DNA of 64,000 bases, taken from Rhizomicrobium sp. GTDB lineage: Bacteria > Pseudomonadota > Alphaproteobacteria > Micropepsales > Micropepsaceae. The notes beneath the pieces are model-generated. The model saw nothing but the letters and a program-made list of their open reading frames with translations. It was not told where the DNA came from and ran no database searches. Below, piece by piece: positions 47,821 to 57,768 of this stretch; the stretch's first letter is position 1, and every line of letters begins with the position of its first letter. The stretch spans positions 13,596 to 77,595 of the forward strand of contig JBMFWV010000001.1 in NCBI GenBank assembly GCA_049964915.1. The letters are read 5' to 3'. The position numbers and the translations under genes were made by a program.

Positions 47821-49206
47821 TCAGATATGGATGGCGTGACCCAGTGCGCGCAACGTTGCCTCGTGCAGCGCTTCCGACAAGGTCGGATGGGCATGGATGG
47901 TTCCAGCAATGTCCTCGAGCACCGCGCCCATCGCCAGCGCATGGGAAAACTCTCCGGAGAGCTCGCTGACGTGTTCGCCGACCGCCTGAATGCCGACAAC
48001 GCGGTGATTGTCCTGGCGTGTTACCACCCGCACAAAGCCCTCCCCTGCATCCATGGAGAGGGCTCGGCCATTCGCGACGAAGGGAAACTGGGCCACCACT
48101 GCGTCTGGGCCAGCCTCCGCTGGTGACAGACCACAGCTGACAATCTCTGGTTCCGTAAAACAGACCGCTGGAATGGCAGCTGGCTCGAAGCTGCGCCGCC
48201 GGCCGGCGATAATTTCGGCGACCATTTCGCCTTGAGCAGCCGCCTTGTGCTCCAGCATCGGCTCACCGACGAGATCTCCGATGGCCCAGACGTTTTTCAT
48301 CGATGTGGCACAGCGCGAATCGACCCTGACAAAGCGTCCCGCCAGATCGACTGCCATGTTTTCAAGACCCCAGCCGGAGGTGTTAGGCTGGCGCCCGACG
48401 GTTACCAGGATGCGATCAGCCTCAATTTCGATCGTCTTCTGATCCGAGGTTTCAACGACAAGCGCCTCGCCCGCCAATCCCTTCGCGTGGGCCGACAGGT
48501 GAACAGTGACATCATGACTCTTTAGCCATTTTGCCACCGGGCTCACCAGTTCACGATCATAAAGCGGCAATATCTTATCCTGCGCCTCGATGATGGTAAC
48601 CCTGCTGCCAAGTTTGCGAAATGCGATACCGAGCTCAAGGCCAATATAGCCCGCTCCAATGACAAGCAGGTGTGCAGGGAGCTCCTGCAAATCGAGAGCC
48701 TCACTGGAGGATATGATCTTATTGCCGAAGGGCAGAAAACCAAGTTCAACTGGTCTGGAGCCCGCAGCCAATACCACATGCTCGGCCTGTATGGTTATGG
48801 GGCCGTCTTTGGTATCGACGTGCAGGGTCTTGGCATCCGAAAAGCTTCCCCACCCTGATATCACCCGGACCTTGGCTTTCTTCAGAAGGGCTGCGACCCC
48901 ACTGTTAAGTCTGTTGACGATGCCGTCCTTCCACGCGACAAGAGCGCTCAGATCAAGTACCGGCCCGGTCGCCAATGAAATCCCGGTACCGGAGTTCGCA
49001 GCAACAGCGGCCATCTGCTCGAACTGGCCTGCACGCTGAATAATCGCCTTGGATGGAATGCAGCCGCGAATGAGGCAGGTTCCTCCCAGCCGGTCAGCCT
49101 CGACCAGCACGGTGTCAAGGCCAAGCTGTCCACAACGAATCGCGCAAACGTAGCCACCAGGGCCGCCTCCCAATACGAGAACTTTGGCCTGGACAGTCTC
49201 GGACAT
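47821..49206 (-). CDS. lpdV: Dihydrolipoamide dehydrogenase of the branched-chain complex (LpdV-type)
   Basis: GGGPGG, GGTCLIRGCIPSK, GAGYIGLE, HAHPTLSE; last gene of the bkd run. Confidence 0.9.
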   Translation of the reverse strand: MSETVQAKVLVLGGGPGGYVCAIRCGQLGLDTVLVEADRLGGTCLIRGCIPSKAIIQRAGQFEQMAAVAANSGTGISLATGPVLDLSALVAWKDGIVNRLNSGVAALLKKAKVRVISGWGSFSDAKTLHVDTKDGPITIQAEHVVLAAGSRPVELGFLPFGNKIISSSEALDLQELPAHLLVIGAGYIGLELGIAFRKLGSRVTIIEAQDKILPLYDRELVSPVAKWLKSHDVTVHLSAHAKGLAGEALVVETSDQKTIEIEADRILVTVGRQPNTSGWGLENMAVDLAGRFVRVDSRCATSMKNVWAIGDLVGEPMLEHKAAAQGEMVAEIIAGRRRSFEPAAIPAVCFTEPEIVSCGLSPAEAGPDAVVAQFPFVANGRALSMDAGEGFVRVVTRQDNHRVVGIQAVGEHVSELSGEFSHALAMGAVLEDIAGTIHAHPTLSEALHEATLRALGHAIHI

Positions 49207-49208
49207 GC

Positions 49209-50492
49209 TTACTCCATAAATAGTAGCGCTGGGTGCTGCAGCAGAGACTTTAGGCGCTGTATGAATTCCGCCGCATCATAGCCGTCAACGACGCGATGAT
49301 CGAAACTGGACGAGAGATTCATCATCTTGCGAACGACGACTTGCCCATTTCGTACGACCGGGCGTTCAACTATGGCATTGGGACCGATGATGGCCACTTC
49401 CGGATGATTGATCACCGGGGTGGTAACCAGTCCACCCAAGGCGCCGAGGCTGGTGATCGTGATCGTCGACCCCTGAAGCTCTTCAGCCTTGGCCTTGTTT
49501 TCCCGGGTCGCCGACGCCAGCCGAGCAACCTCGGCTGCACACTGCCATATATCAAGGGATTCGACGTGACGTATTACCGGCACGACAAGACCATTTGCAG
49601 TCTGGGTTGCAATTCCGACGTGTACCGCCTCGTGGCGGTGGACAATCCCTGCCTCATCGTCGAAGCGGGCATTGATTTGCGGATAGTCGGGCAGCACCTT
49701 CGCCAGAGCACGCATGAAAAAAGGAAGTACACTCAGTTTCGGAAGATCCGGCCTTTTGCTCGCATTAAGATGGGAGCGCAACGCTTCCAATTCCGTCATA
49801 TCGACTTCATCTACGTACGCAAAGTGAGGAATCCGCCGCTTGGCCTCCTGCATCTTCTCGGCGATCTTCCGCCGCAGGCCAATAACCTTGATGTCTTCAA
49901 CGCCCTCGCGCACCACCCTGTGACCGGACATGACGGCGTAGCGTCCGCCACTGGCCACAAACGCATCCAGATCGTGATGACTTATGCGCCCGCCTGGACC
50001 AGTACCGGGCACAAACTGCAATTCAATACCAAGCTCACGGGCCCTTTGCCTTACGGCTGGAGATGCTACAGGCCTTTCAGCCGCACTGCGTGTCACAAAG
50101 GCTGCCTGTGCCGGCAGACTGCTGGTTTGCGCAGGCAAGGGCTTTGCTGGCACGGCCTCCCTCCCGGGTGGCACTGCAGTGTGGGTGGATGCAGACGGCA
50201 CTTCCGCGGCAGGCTGAGACGTCGGTGGCGAAGGCTTGGCAGCCCCTTCTGTGCCAATATCAAATTCAACAAGAGGAGCGCCGACCGCCGCCATTTCACC
50301 TGGAACACCGTGAAGCGCGATAATCCTTCCTGATACAGGTGACGTCATCTCTACGGTCGCCTTGTCTGTCATGACATCGACGAGATTTTGATCTTCCTCG
50401 ACAACGTCTCCGACCTGAACATGCCACGCTACGATCTCAGCCTCTGCGGTCCCTTCCCCGACATCAGGCAGCTTATAGACATAGGTACCCAT
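49209..50492 (-). CDS. bkdB: Branched-chain 2-oxoacid dehydrogenase E2
   Basis: Lipoyl MTDKA, ASPAVR, TPVINHPEVAI, FDHRVVDG. Confidence 0.93.
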   Translation of the reverse strand: MGTYVYKLPDVGEGTAEAEIVAWHVQVGDVVEEDQNLVDVMTDKATVEMTSPVSGRIIALHGVPGEMAAVGAPLVEFDIGTEGAAKPSPPTSQPAAEVPSASTHTAVPPGREAVPAKPLPAQTSSLPAQAAFVTRSAAERPVASPAVRQRARELGIELQFVPGTGPGGRISHHDLDAFVASGGRYAVMSGHRVVREGVEDIKVIGLRRKIAEKMQEAKRRIPHFAYVDEVDMTELEALRSHLNASKRPDLPKLSVLPFFMRALAKVLPDYPQINARFDDEAGIVHRHEAVHVGIATQTANGLVVPVIRHVESLDIWQCAAEVARLASATRENKAKAEELQGSTITITSLGALGGLVTTPVINHPEVAIIGPNAIVERPVVRNGQVVVRKMMNLSSSFDHRVVDGYDAAEFIQRLKSLLQHPALLFME

Positions 50493-51506
50493 TCAGTCCT
50501 CCAGCACCCGGCGCATGGCAGCGGTCACCCGTTCCGGCCCAGGGAAGTACTCCCATTCGAAAGCATGGGGATAGGGTGTATCCCAGCCCGTCACCCGTTC
50601 GATTGGTGCTTCAAGGTGATAAAAGCAGTGTTCTTGAACCAGTGCCGAAAGTTCTGCGCCGTAGCCGCTGGTACGAGTCGCTTCATGTATGATCACACAA
50701 CGGCCAGTCTTTTCGACCGACGCGACGATGGTCTCGATATCCACGGGCAAGAGAGTGCGCAAATCGATCACTTCTGCGTCGATCCCCGACGCTTCGGCAG
50801 CAGTAAGGGCAACATAGACCATCGTGCCATAGGCAAGGATGGTCATCTGCTCGCCGGAGCGCAAAATATTGGCCCGACCAAGTGGCACAGTGTAATAGCC
50901 TTCCGGTACCTCGCTCGCGGGATGCTTGGACCAGGGCACAACCGGTTGATCGTGGCGCCCATTGAACGGTCCGTTATAGATGCGCTTGGGCTCCAGAAAA
51001 ATCACTGGATCATCGTCTTCTATGGCGGAGATCAGCAATCCCTTGGCGTCATACGGGGTCGATGGAACCACCGTCTTCAGCCCCGTGACATGCGTGAAGA
51101 TAGCCTCCGGACTCTGGCTGTGCGTCTGTCCACCGAAAATTCCGCCACCATAGGGCGTACGCACGGTCATTGCCGCCGAGAAATCGCCCGCGGAGCGATA
51201 GCGCAATCGCGCAGCTTCAGAGACAAGCTGGTCAAACGCCGGATAGATGTAATCGGCGAACTGAATTTCAACCACAGGTCTTAGACCATAGGCCCCCATG
51301 CCAATGGCAGTCGCAATAATGCCGCCTTCGCCGATGGGCGTGTCGAAGCAGCGCGTGACGCCGTACTTCTTTTGCAACCCTTCGGTTGCACGGAAGACGC
51401 CACCGAAATAGCCAACATCCTCACCAAAGATGAGTACATTGGGATCACGCTCCAGCATGGTATCCATCGCGGAGTTGAGCGCCTGGATCATGTTCATTGT
51501 CGGCAT
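50493..51506 (-). CDS. bkdA2: Branched-chain 2-oxoacid dehydrogenase E1 beta
   Basis: GEDVGYFGGVFR, EIQFADY, GGQTHSQSPE, DTPYPHAFEW. Confidence 0.94.
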   Translation of the reverse strand: MPTMNMIQALNSAMDTMLERDPNVLIFGEDVGYFGGVFRATEGLQKKYGVTRCFDTPIGEGGIIATAIGMGAYGLRPVVEIQFADYIYPAFDQLVSEAARLRYRSAGDFSAAMTVRTPYGGGIFGGQTHSQSPEAIFTHVTGLKTVVPSTPYDAKGLLISAIEDDDPVIFLEPKRIYNGPFNGRHDQPVVPWSKHPASEVPEGYYTVPLGRANILRSGEQMTILAYGTMVYVALTAAEASGIDAEVIDLRTLLPVDIETIVASVEKTGRCVIIHEATRTSGYGAELSALVQEHCFYHLEAPIERVTGWDTPYPHAFEWEYFPGPERVTAAMRRVLED

Positions 51507-51508
51507 GA

Positions 51509-52738
51509 TCAGACTCCCATTTCCTGGCGCTGCTTGCGGATATGCCAGGGCATGTCCTTATAGACATCTTCGAACATCGTTTTGATGCTGGGCTTGGCCT
51601 GACCAAGCGTCCCAAGGGCCGAGGCTTCACGATCGGAGGCGCGCACTTGCTCAACCGCGTCCTTGTTCGCAGCTTCGTGTCGTACCTCATCCCATTCGCC
51701 GAGCTGGATCAGATGATTTTTCAGCCGCTCGATCGGATCTCCTAACGGCCAGGCCTTCGCCTCATCCTGCGGTCGGTAGCGTGAGGGATCATCGCTCGTG
51801 GAGTGACCTTCGACGCGGTAGGTATAGAGCTCGATCAACGTCGCGCCCATATTGCTGCGGGCTCGCTCCGCGGCCCACTGCGTGGCCGCATAGACGGCCA
51901 GAAAGTCGTTCCCATCTACACGAATGCCTGGCAAGCCATAGCCGATGGCGCGGCTGGCAAATGTCGAGTCATCTCCACCGGCAATGCCGGAGAAGCTCGA
52001 AATCGCCCATTGGTTATTTACGACGTTAAGAATGACCGGGGCACGGTAGACCGCGGCAAAGGTACACGCATGATGAAAGTCGCCTTCTGCGGTAGTACCT
52101 TCACCAACCCAGCTTGCTGCGATCCGATCGTCGCCCTTATAGGCAGATGCCATCGCCCAGCCGACAGCTTGAGGAAACTGCGTACCGAGATTCCCGCTGA
52201 TCGAGAAGAAGCCATAATCCTTCGCCGAGTACATGATCGGCAGCTGTCTACCCTTCAGCGGGTCGGCAGGATTGGAGTACACCTGACACATCATCTTGAA
52301 CAGCGGATAACCGCGTGCGATCAGGATTCCCTGTTGGCGATAGCTCGGAAAGCACATGTCATCGCGCTCAAGCGCAAAGCTTGCTGCAGTTGCTACCGCT
52401 TCCTCGCCGGTACTCTTCATGTAAAAGGATGTGCGTCCCTGGCGCTGCGCCCGGTACATGCGATCATCATAGGCCCGGGTTAGAAGCATGGCTTGTAAAC
52501 CACGTCGCAGTGTTTCGGGATCTAGCTTGGGATCCCAGGGGCCGACCGCGCGATGGTGCGAATCGAGTACACGAATCATTCCATAGGCCAGATCCGCAAT
52601 GTCATGTGGTCTTACGCCAATGTCAGGCCGACGCACACTACCGGCCTCCGGAACTACCAGTCCTGTAAAGTCCGGACTGTCACCCGGCCGATATTTGGGT
52701 TGGGGTACGCGCAGGCTGAGCGGTTTACGATTCTTCAA
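51509..52738 (-). CDS. bkdA1: Branched-chain 2-oxoacid dehydrogenase E1 alpha
   Basis: QRQGRTSFY, GRQLPIMY, GEGTTAEGDF...NNQWAIS, GHSTSDDPSRYR. Confidence 0.94.
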   Translation of the reverse strand: MKNRKPLSLRVPQPKYRPGDSPDFTGLVVPEAGSVRRPDIGVRPHDIADLAYGMIRVLDSHHRAVGPWDPKLDPETLRRGLQAMLLTRAYDDRMYRAQRQGRTSFYMKSTGEEAVATAASFALERDDMCFPSYRQQGILIARGYPLFKMMCQVYSNPADPLKGRQLPIMYSAKDYGFFSISGNLGTQFPQAVGWAMASAYKGDDRIAASWVGEGTTAEGDFHHACTFAAVYRAPVILNVVNNQWAISSFSGIAGGDDSTFASRAIGYGLPGIRVDGNDFLAVYAATQWAAERARSNMGATLIELYTYRVEGHSTSDDPSRYRPQDEAKAWPLGDPIERLKNHLIQLGEWDEVRHEAANKDAVEQVRASDREASALGTLGQAKPSIKTMFEDVYKDMPWHIRKQRQEMGV

Positions 52739-52920
52739 GCAGCGCCCTCCGTGACCATACCGACGATTGCACCGTCGTAAACTTGTTATGGGCGCGGAAT
52801 TATCTTGCGCGTTAGAGCGCCGTCAAGCTGCGATATTGGCACTGCCAAAGTCCGCAATAAGCACATAGGACAGATGCACAGGCTGGCAAGAAGCACATCG
52901 CGTGGATGGGGTTAGGCGCA

Positions 52921-53769
52921 TCAATGCATCAGGAGCAAGGGCACTTGTGCGGAGCTCGTAAGGTCAATCGTGTTGCCACCGAACAAGGTTTCACCAAGCC
53001 GGCTGTGGCCATAGCCACCGGCGACGATCAGGCTGGCTCCATCAGCTTGCGCGCCATGCAGGAGTGCGAGGCCCGCACTGCCGCCCTCAGGTTCGAGCTC
53101 GCGCAAACCGGCCTCAATTCCGTGCAGTCGCAAATAGTCGCGGGCAGCCTCGGATGTCGGCCTGTGTCTGGCCCCAACGGTGTAGAGCGTCACTTTTGGG
53201 CTCTTTTTCAGGAATGGCAGTGCCGCGCGCAATGCATGAGCTGCGACCGCTCCACCATCCCAGCCCACGGCGCAATGTGCTGTAAGGTCACCGATGGCTA
53301 CGTCCGGAACCAAAAGAATTGGCCGATGGCTTTTTGTCAGTAACTCTAGAAATACACCATGGGCATCGCCCGGCGCAGCCGACGCTACAACGAGATCGGA
53401 AAGCTTGGATTCTGCAAGCAGAACTGCGGCTGGCAGGCCGAAAACAGTACGAAACGTGCAACTGACACGGGACGGGTCCCGAGATTTGGCATCGAGGTCG
53501 ATATTGCGGGCGGCGGTAATCGCACGGATGGCCGCGCGCGCGCGTTCTGCCTCCTTGCGGGCCATCATCTCCGCACTGTCAATAACCTGCTGGACCACCT
53601 CAGGGGTCATCGGGGCCCCCATGGCAGGCACAGCAGTGCGCGGATCGGGATAGGCAAAGAGCGCCGTTACATGTCCCTGAAACGGCGAGGCAGCGGCAAG
53701 CGCGGCTTCTATTACAGCCTTGTCGTCAGCCCCACCATTAACCGCCGCGATGATCGCCTTATAGCCCAT
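52921..53769 (-). CDS. Tandem universal stress protein
   Basis: Two USP-like halves; VGWDGG..AAHALRAALP, GGYGHSRLGETLFGG. Confidence 0.92.
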   Translation of the reverse strand: MGYKAIIAAVNGGADDKAVIEAALAAASPFQGHVTALFAYPDPRTAVPAMGAPMTPEVVQQVIDSAEMMARKEAERARAAIRAITAARNIDLDAKSRDPSRVSCTFRTVFGLPAAVLLAESKLSDLVVASAAPGDAHGVFLELLTKSHRPILLVPDVAIGDLTAHCAVGWDGGAVAAHALRAALPFLKKSPKVTLYTVGARHRPTSEAARDYLRLHGIEAGLRELEPEGGSAGLALLHGAQADGASLIVAGGYGHSRLGETLFGGNTIDLTSSAQVPLLLMH

Positions 53770-53775
53770 GATGGC

Positions 53776-54471
53776 CTATTCCCCGCCTTCGGCCACATCC
53801 TCTAGAGCCGCAAGATTGCGCAATTCAACATGATGCCGGTCGGGAATTTCGATCAGCCTTTCACGCTTCAGGTCCGTGAGCGCGCGACACACGGTTTCGA
53901 TGGTCAATCCAAGATAGTCAGCAATATCCTGACGTCCCATGGGCAGCAGCAACGGATCCCCATCACCGGCATCGCGCCGATTGGCAATGAGCAGAAGAAA
54001 TGACGCCACTCGCTCCTTGGCAGTCTGCCGTCCCAGCATCACGAGATGCTCCTGGGCTGCAGACAGCTCACGACACAGCATCGCCATGAGTTCCTTGCGC
54101 AGGGTGGGCAATTCCTCGGCCAGCCGTTCAACCTGACCGCGCGGCCAACGCAGGACGATTACGTCTCCCAGAGCCTCTGCGGTCAGCGAATATTCCTCAT
54201 CCAATGCAAAGCCAAAGACGTCCCCAGGCAGGATGAATTCTGCGATCTGGCGTCGCCCGTCAGGACGAATCTTGCACAGGCGCACACCACCCTCGAGCAG
54301 CTTGTAGGAATATCGGGCCGCGTCACCTTCGTTGAAGATTGTCTGGTTGCGGGAAAAGTGAAGCGACGTCGACACGGCCTTGAGGGGGAAAAGCGCGTCG
54401 CCCTCGTGGAAGACAGGCTCCAGGGATGTGCGGACGCTGTTTGAATAGGCTGGCTGGACGTGGAAAGACAT
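53776..54471 (-). CDS. fixK: Crp/Fnr regulator of FixK type
   Basis: No N-terminal Cys cluster; QTAKERVASFL, RQDIADYLGLTIETVCR; downstream of fixLJ. Start could be GTG 54498. Confidence 0.85.
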   Translation of the reverse strand: MSFHVQPAYSNSVRTSLEPVFHEGDALFPLKAVSTSLHFSRNQTIFNEGDAARYSYKLLEGGVRLCKIRPDGRRQIAEFILPGDVFGFALDEEYSLTAEALGDVIVLRWPRGQVERLAEELPTLRKELMAMLCRELSAAQEHLVMLGRQTAKERVASFLLLIANRRDAGDGDPLLLPMGRQDIADYLGLTIETVCRALTDLKRERLIEIPDRHHVELRNLAALEDVAEGGE

Positions 54472-54542
54472 GGGCGTCGGCCTTTTTTCTTCCCGCAAAT
54501 CCTGCCCCTGACAAAGATTAGAAAAAAGTTAGGATTGTCCCG

Positions 54543-54558
54543 TACGTAGAGTTGCGTA
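54543..54558 (-). promoter_or_regulatory. Repeated motif copy 1, candidate FixJ site
   Basis: Minus strand TACGCAACTCTACGTA upstream of fixK; 12/16 identical to the copy at 55048-55063. Confidence 0.5.
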
Positions 54559-54561
54559 GTC

Positions 54562-54966
54562 CTAATGACGCACTGCCGGGACGTCGCTGCGTACCGAGAA
54601 GGCACGATCGATCCAAAACTTGAGATCATCTGCCAGCACTGGCTTGTGCAGTAGCTTGAGCACACCAGAATCCTTGGCCCGCTGGGCCGCCTGATCGTCG
54701 TGACGACCGGTCAGGAGAATCGCCGGCGTCTGCACCCTCCTGCGACGGAGCAGCTCGATCAGCTCAAGACCATCCAGCCCCGGCATGTGCAGATCAACGA
54801 TGAGGCAACCAGGCTCTACCGCCGGTTTGGCGCTCAGATAGGCGGCGGCGCAGTCAAAATCAAACACCGTGAGTCCGTAGGACTCCAGAAGTGCCCTAAG
54901 GGAATCACGCACGGCATCGTCGTCATCTACGATACAAACCATGAATGAAGCGCATTCCATCGCCAA
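54562..54966 (-). CDS. Single-domain response regulator (FixT-like)
   Basis: IVDDDDAVRDSL, LIVDLHMP, LLTG, KP; no output domain; lies between fixJ and fixK. Confidence 0.85.
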   Translation of the reverse strand: MAMECASFMVCIVDDDDAVRDSLRALLESYGLTVFDFDCAAAYLSAKPAVEPGCLIVDLHMPGLDGLELIELLRRRRVQTPAILLTGRHDDQAAQRAKDSGVLKLLHKPVLADDLKFWIDRAFSVRSDVPAVRH

Positions 54967-55047
54967 TCATGACCTCCGCCCGCATCCCCCCGGAACAGGA
55001 GTACCGTCGTAAGTGGGCCATTATGCGCTGTTGCAAGAAGGGTGGTA

Positions 55048-55063
55048 TACGTAAGATTGCTTA
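55048..55063 (-). promoter_or_regulatory. Repeated motif copy 2, candidate FixJ site
   Basis: Minus strand TAAGCAATCTTACGTA, starting on the fixJ stop codon, upstream of the FixT-like gene. Confidence 0.5.
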
Positions 55064-55681
55064 GGTACGGGCTCCCAGGGCTACAACCATCCGAACCAGC
55101 TCGGCGAGGCTGTGGGCCCGCATCTTCTCCATGACCCGGGCCCGATGGATCTCAACCGTACGTGGTGAAATCGTCAGCTCATAGGCTATGACCTTGTTCG
55201 GCTTGCCGGCAGCCAGCAGCTGAAGAACCTGGCGCTCACGCTCGGTGAGGGTTTCGAGACGAGTCTGAAATTCGCCAGTTGCAGCCGTTTGCGAGGCGGA
55301 CGTATGAGCCGCCTGTGCCCAGCGCGACAGCGTGGCAAGCAGCACCTCCTCATCATAAGGCTTCTCCAGAAAATCGATCGCCCCAGCCTTCATGGCACGG
55401 ACGGCCAAGGGTACATCGCCGTGCCCGGTAACCATGATGATCGGCAGCTTGACTTGCCTCCGGTTGAGCTCCTCTTGGAGCTCGAGGCCATCCATATCCG
55501 GCATACGTATGTCGGCGATGAGGCAGCAATTGGTCGAGGGTGCGTAGTTGTCGAGGAAGTCTTGGGCCGAGGCAAAGGTTTGGGTGTCATAACCCTCAGC
55601 GCTCAGTAGCGCAGCGAGTGAATTCCGTACCGCCTCATCGTCGTCTACCACAAATATTTTTACCGGATCAGCCGTGCTCAT
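55061..55681 (-). CDS. fixJ: Response regulator FixJ
   Basis: VVDDDEAVR, DIRMPDMDG, GAIDFLEKP, LTERERQVL...NKVIAYELTISPRTVEIHRARVMEKM. Confidence 0.95.
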   Translation of the reverse strand: MSTADPVKIFVVDDDEAVRNSLAALLSAEGYDTQTFASAQDFLDNYAPSTNCCLIADIRMPDMDGLELQEELNRRQVKLPIIMVTGHGDVPLAVRAMKAGAIDFLEKPYDEEVLLATLSRWAQAAHTSASQTAATGEFQTRLETLTERERQVLQLLAAGKPNKVIAYELTISPRTVEIHRARVMEKMRAHSLAELVRMVVALGART

Positions 55682-56826
55682 GCGTCGGTAACCTCGACTA
55701 CGGGCAGACGAAAAGCAAATTCGGCCCCACCTTCCTTGCGGGCGGTCACCCAAATTCTTCCGTTGTGCGCTTCAACGATGGCTTTGCAGATTGTCAGCCC
55801 CATCCCCAATCCCTTGGACTTCGTGGTCGAAAATGGAATGAAAAGATTGGGCATGATCTCAGGAGGTATGCCGGGCCCGCTATCAGCGACGCTAACCTGC
55901 ACAAAATCTGGTGCCGGCCGCTGGGTGCGTATCACGATCTGACGCACATCGGCGTTCTCCAAGGCCTCAAAAGCGTTGCGCATGAGATTGATCATCACTT
56001 GCTGCAGCTGAATGCGGTCGATCACAACCGGCGGCAGGTCATCTGCCAGCTCCGTCGTTATCTTTATGTCACGATCCGTGGCGCCCACCAGTCCGAGGGC
56101 TATGGCCTCTTCGACACAGCTATTGAGATCTTCGGGCAAGCGGTCCGAATCACGCTTCTCGATGAAATTACGCAGGCGCCGGATGATCTGGCCGGCGCGC
56201 TGCGTCTGCGACACCGCCTTGTCCATGAATTCACGCACTCGCCCGATCGCCTGTTCACCGCCTGCATCGAGGGTTCTGCGGGCAGCGTTGAGATAATTCA
56301 TGACGGCGGCCAGCGGCTGATTGAGTTCGTGCGCCAGCGCCGAGGTCAACTGGCCCATCGCCGTCAAGCGAAGCGCATGCAACAATTCGTTTTGGAGTTC
56401 CTGGAAGTCCCGCTCGCGGCTGGTGCGGTCTGTCAGATCGTGGAGGATACCGAGGAAAACCCTCACCCCGCCGATGCGGTCCTCACCAACCGACAGATAC
56501 ATCGGAAAGGTCGAGCCGTCCTTGCGCTGGGCGGCAACCTCCCGTCCGATCCCAATGATACGCTTTTCCCCCGTAGCCATGTAGCGCTGCATATAGCCAT
56601 CATGGTGCGAACGATACGGCTCCGGCATCAACATGGAGATATTGCGACCGAGCACCTCTTCCGGCTTATAGCCAAAGAGGATCTCGGCGGCCCTGTTGAA
56701 CAGTAGCATGGCTCCGGCCTCGTCGATCACGATGATGCCATCGACAGCCGTGTTTATGACGGTATGAAACAAAACCTCGTGGTCCGCCCTGCTGAGCGAC
56801 CCCGCCACTAGATCTTGAGAACTCAT
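55678..56826 (-). CDS. fixL: Heme-PAS sensor histidine kinase FixL (short soluble form)
   Basis: PAS LMPEPYRSHHDGY...RIIGIGREV, ALAHELNQPL, NLMRNA, DSGPG, GLGMGLTIC. Confidence 0.95.
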   Translation of the reverse strand: MSSQDLVAGSLSRADHEVLFHTVINTAVDGIIVIDEAGAMLLFNRAAEILFGYKPEEVLGRNISMLMPEPYRSHHDGYMQRYMATGEKRIIGIGREVAAQRKDGSTFPMYLSVGEDRIGGVRVFLGILHDLTDRTSRERDFQELQNELLHALRLTAMGQLTSALAHELNQPLAAVMNYLNAARRTLDAGGEQAIGRVREFMDKAVSQTQRAGQIIRRLRNFIEKRDSDRLPEDLNSCVEEAIALGLVGATDRDIKITTELADDLPPVVIDRIQLQQVMINLMRNAFEALENADVRQIVIRTQRPAPDFVQVSVADSGPGIPPEIMPNLFIPFSTTKSKGLGMGLTICKAIVEAHNGRIWVTARKEGGAEFAFRLPVVEVTDA

Positions 56827-56907
56827 GCGCGCCTCGGTCACGAGCCTCCTTTAGCAAATACCAGTCGCCTTGGCGATAAAGTTCCGTTGCCGCACCCAAC
56901 CGTGCCA

Positions 56908-56921
56908 TTGACGCAGATCAG
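56908..56921. promoter_or_regulatory. FNR/FixK box
   Basis: TTGAC-GCAG-ATCAG (consensus TTGAT-N4-ATCAA) between divergent fixL and the flavodoxin-like gene. Confidence 0.55.
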
Positions 56922-57154
56922 AGGGCCACGGCCAAGTCGCACTAGGCTTTTCCTGATAACCACGAGGGTTTTCATAGCTATAGGCCCTGAGGGGCCGGGT
57001 TCCTGCACGCCCTTGTTAACCGTGAACGCTGGCCGGCTTATGGGGTGGGACCAAATGTCCTGCCACAAGCAGCGCACAGGGGCTGGGACTGGCCGCCTGG
57101 ACAATCCGCCGGTAGGGCGCATTCTTGGTGCACCGAGCCTCGGAAGGAAGCTGT

Positions 57155-57739
57155 ATGAAGATCGCATTGATTGCGGCCCATCCCGATCCTGAAAGCTTCA
57201 CTTTGTCGGTCGCCCGCACGGTGCGGGAGGCCGCCAGCGCCCGCGGCCATTCCGTCGAGCTGCGCGATCTATATGCCATGGACTTTGAGCCGCGCCTGAA
57301 GGCCAGCGAGATCGTTGGCCGGCCCGGATTTGGACCGGCCCCCGACGTAAGCGCTGAGCGCACACGTCTCGCCGATGCCGGCGCCTTCATCTTTGTCTAT
57401 CCATTTTGGATCAATGCAGCTCCCGCAATCCTCAAAGGCTATATCGACCGCGTGTTCGGATTTGGCTTTGCCTTCGGACCAGGCCCCGGCGCCAACACGC
57501 CTCTGCTGACCGGTAAGAAGCTTCTCAGCTTCACCTCATCGGGCGCACCCGCGGACTGGGCAGAACGGACCGGGGCGCTGAATGCAGAGCGCACGATCTT
57601 CGAGCACCACATTGCTGCCCTCGCGGGCCTCACCGTACTCGATCACATCCACTTTGGCGGTATTGTACCGGGCATCCGCAGTGACGTCGTGATGCGGCAT
57701 CTGCAGACAGCCCGAGCCACCATCGCCGCACATTTCTGA
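57155..57739 (+). CDS. Flavodoxin-fold NAD(P)H-dependent oxidoreductase
   Basis: AHPDPESF, RDLYAMDF, YPFW...PAILKGYIDRVFG. Confidence 0.9.
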   Translation: MKIALIAAHPDPESFTLSVARTVREAASARGHSVELRDLYAMDFEPRLKASEIVGRPGFGPAPDVSAERTRLADAGAFIFVYPFWINAAPAILKGYIDRVFGFGFAFGPGPGANTPLLTGKKLLSFTSSGAPADWAERTGALNAERTIFEHHIAALAGLTVLDHIHFGGIVPGIRSDVVMRHLQTARATIAAHF

Positions 57740-57768
57740 ACACCCCTACAAAATGGCAGGCTGGCATC

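Noticed and set aside
49296-52483. Long plus-strand ORFs (345, 298 and 226 aa)
   Set aside because: Antisense shadows of well-supported bkd genes; typical of GC-rich coding DNA; no motifs.
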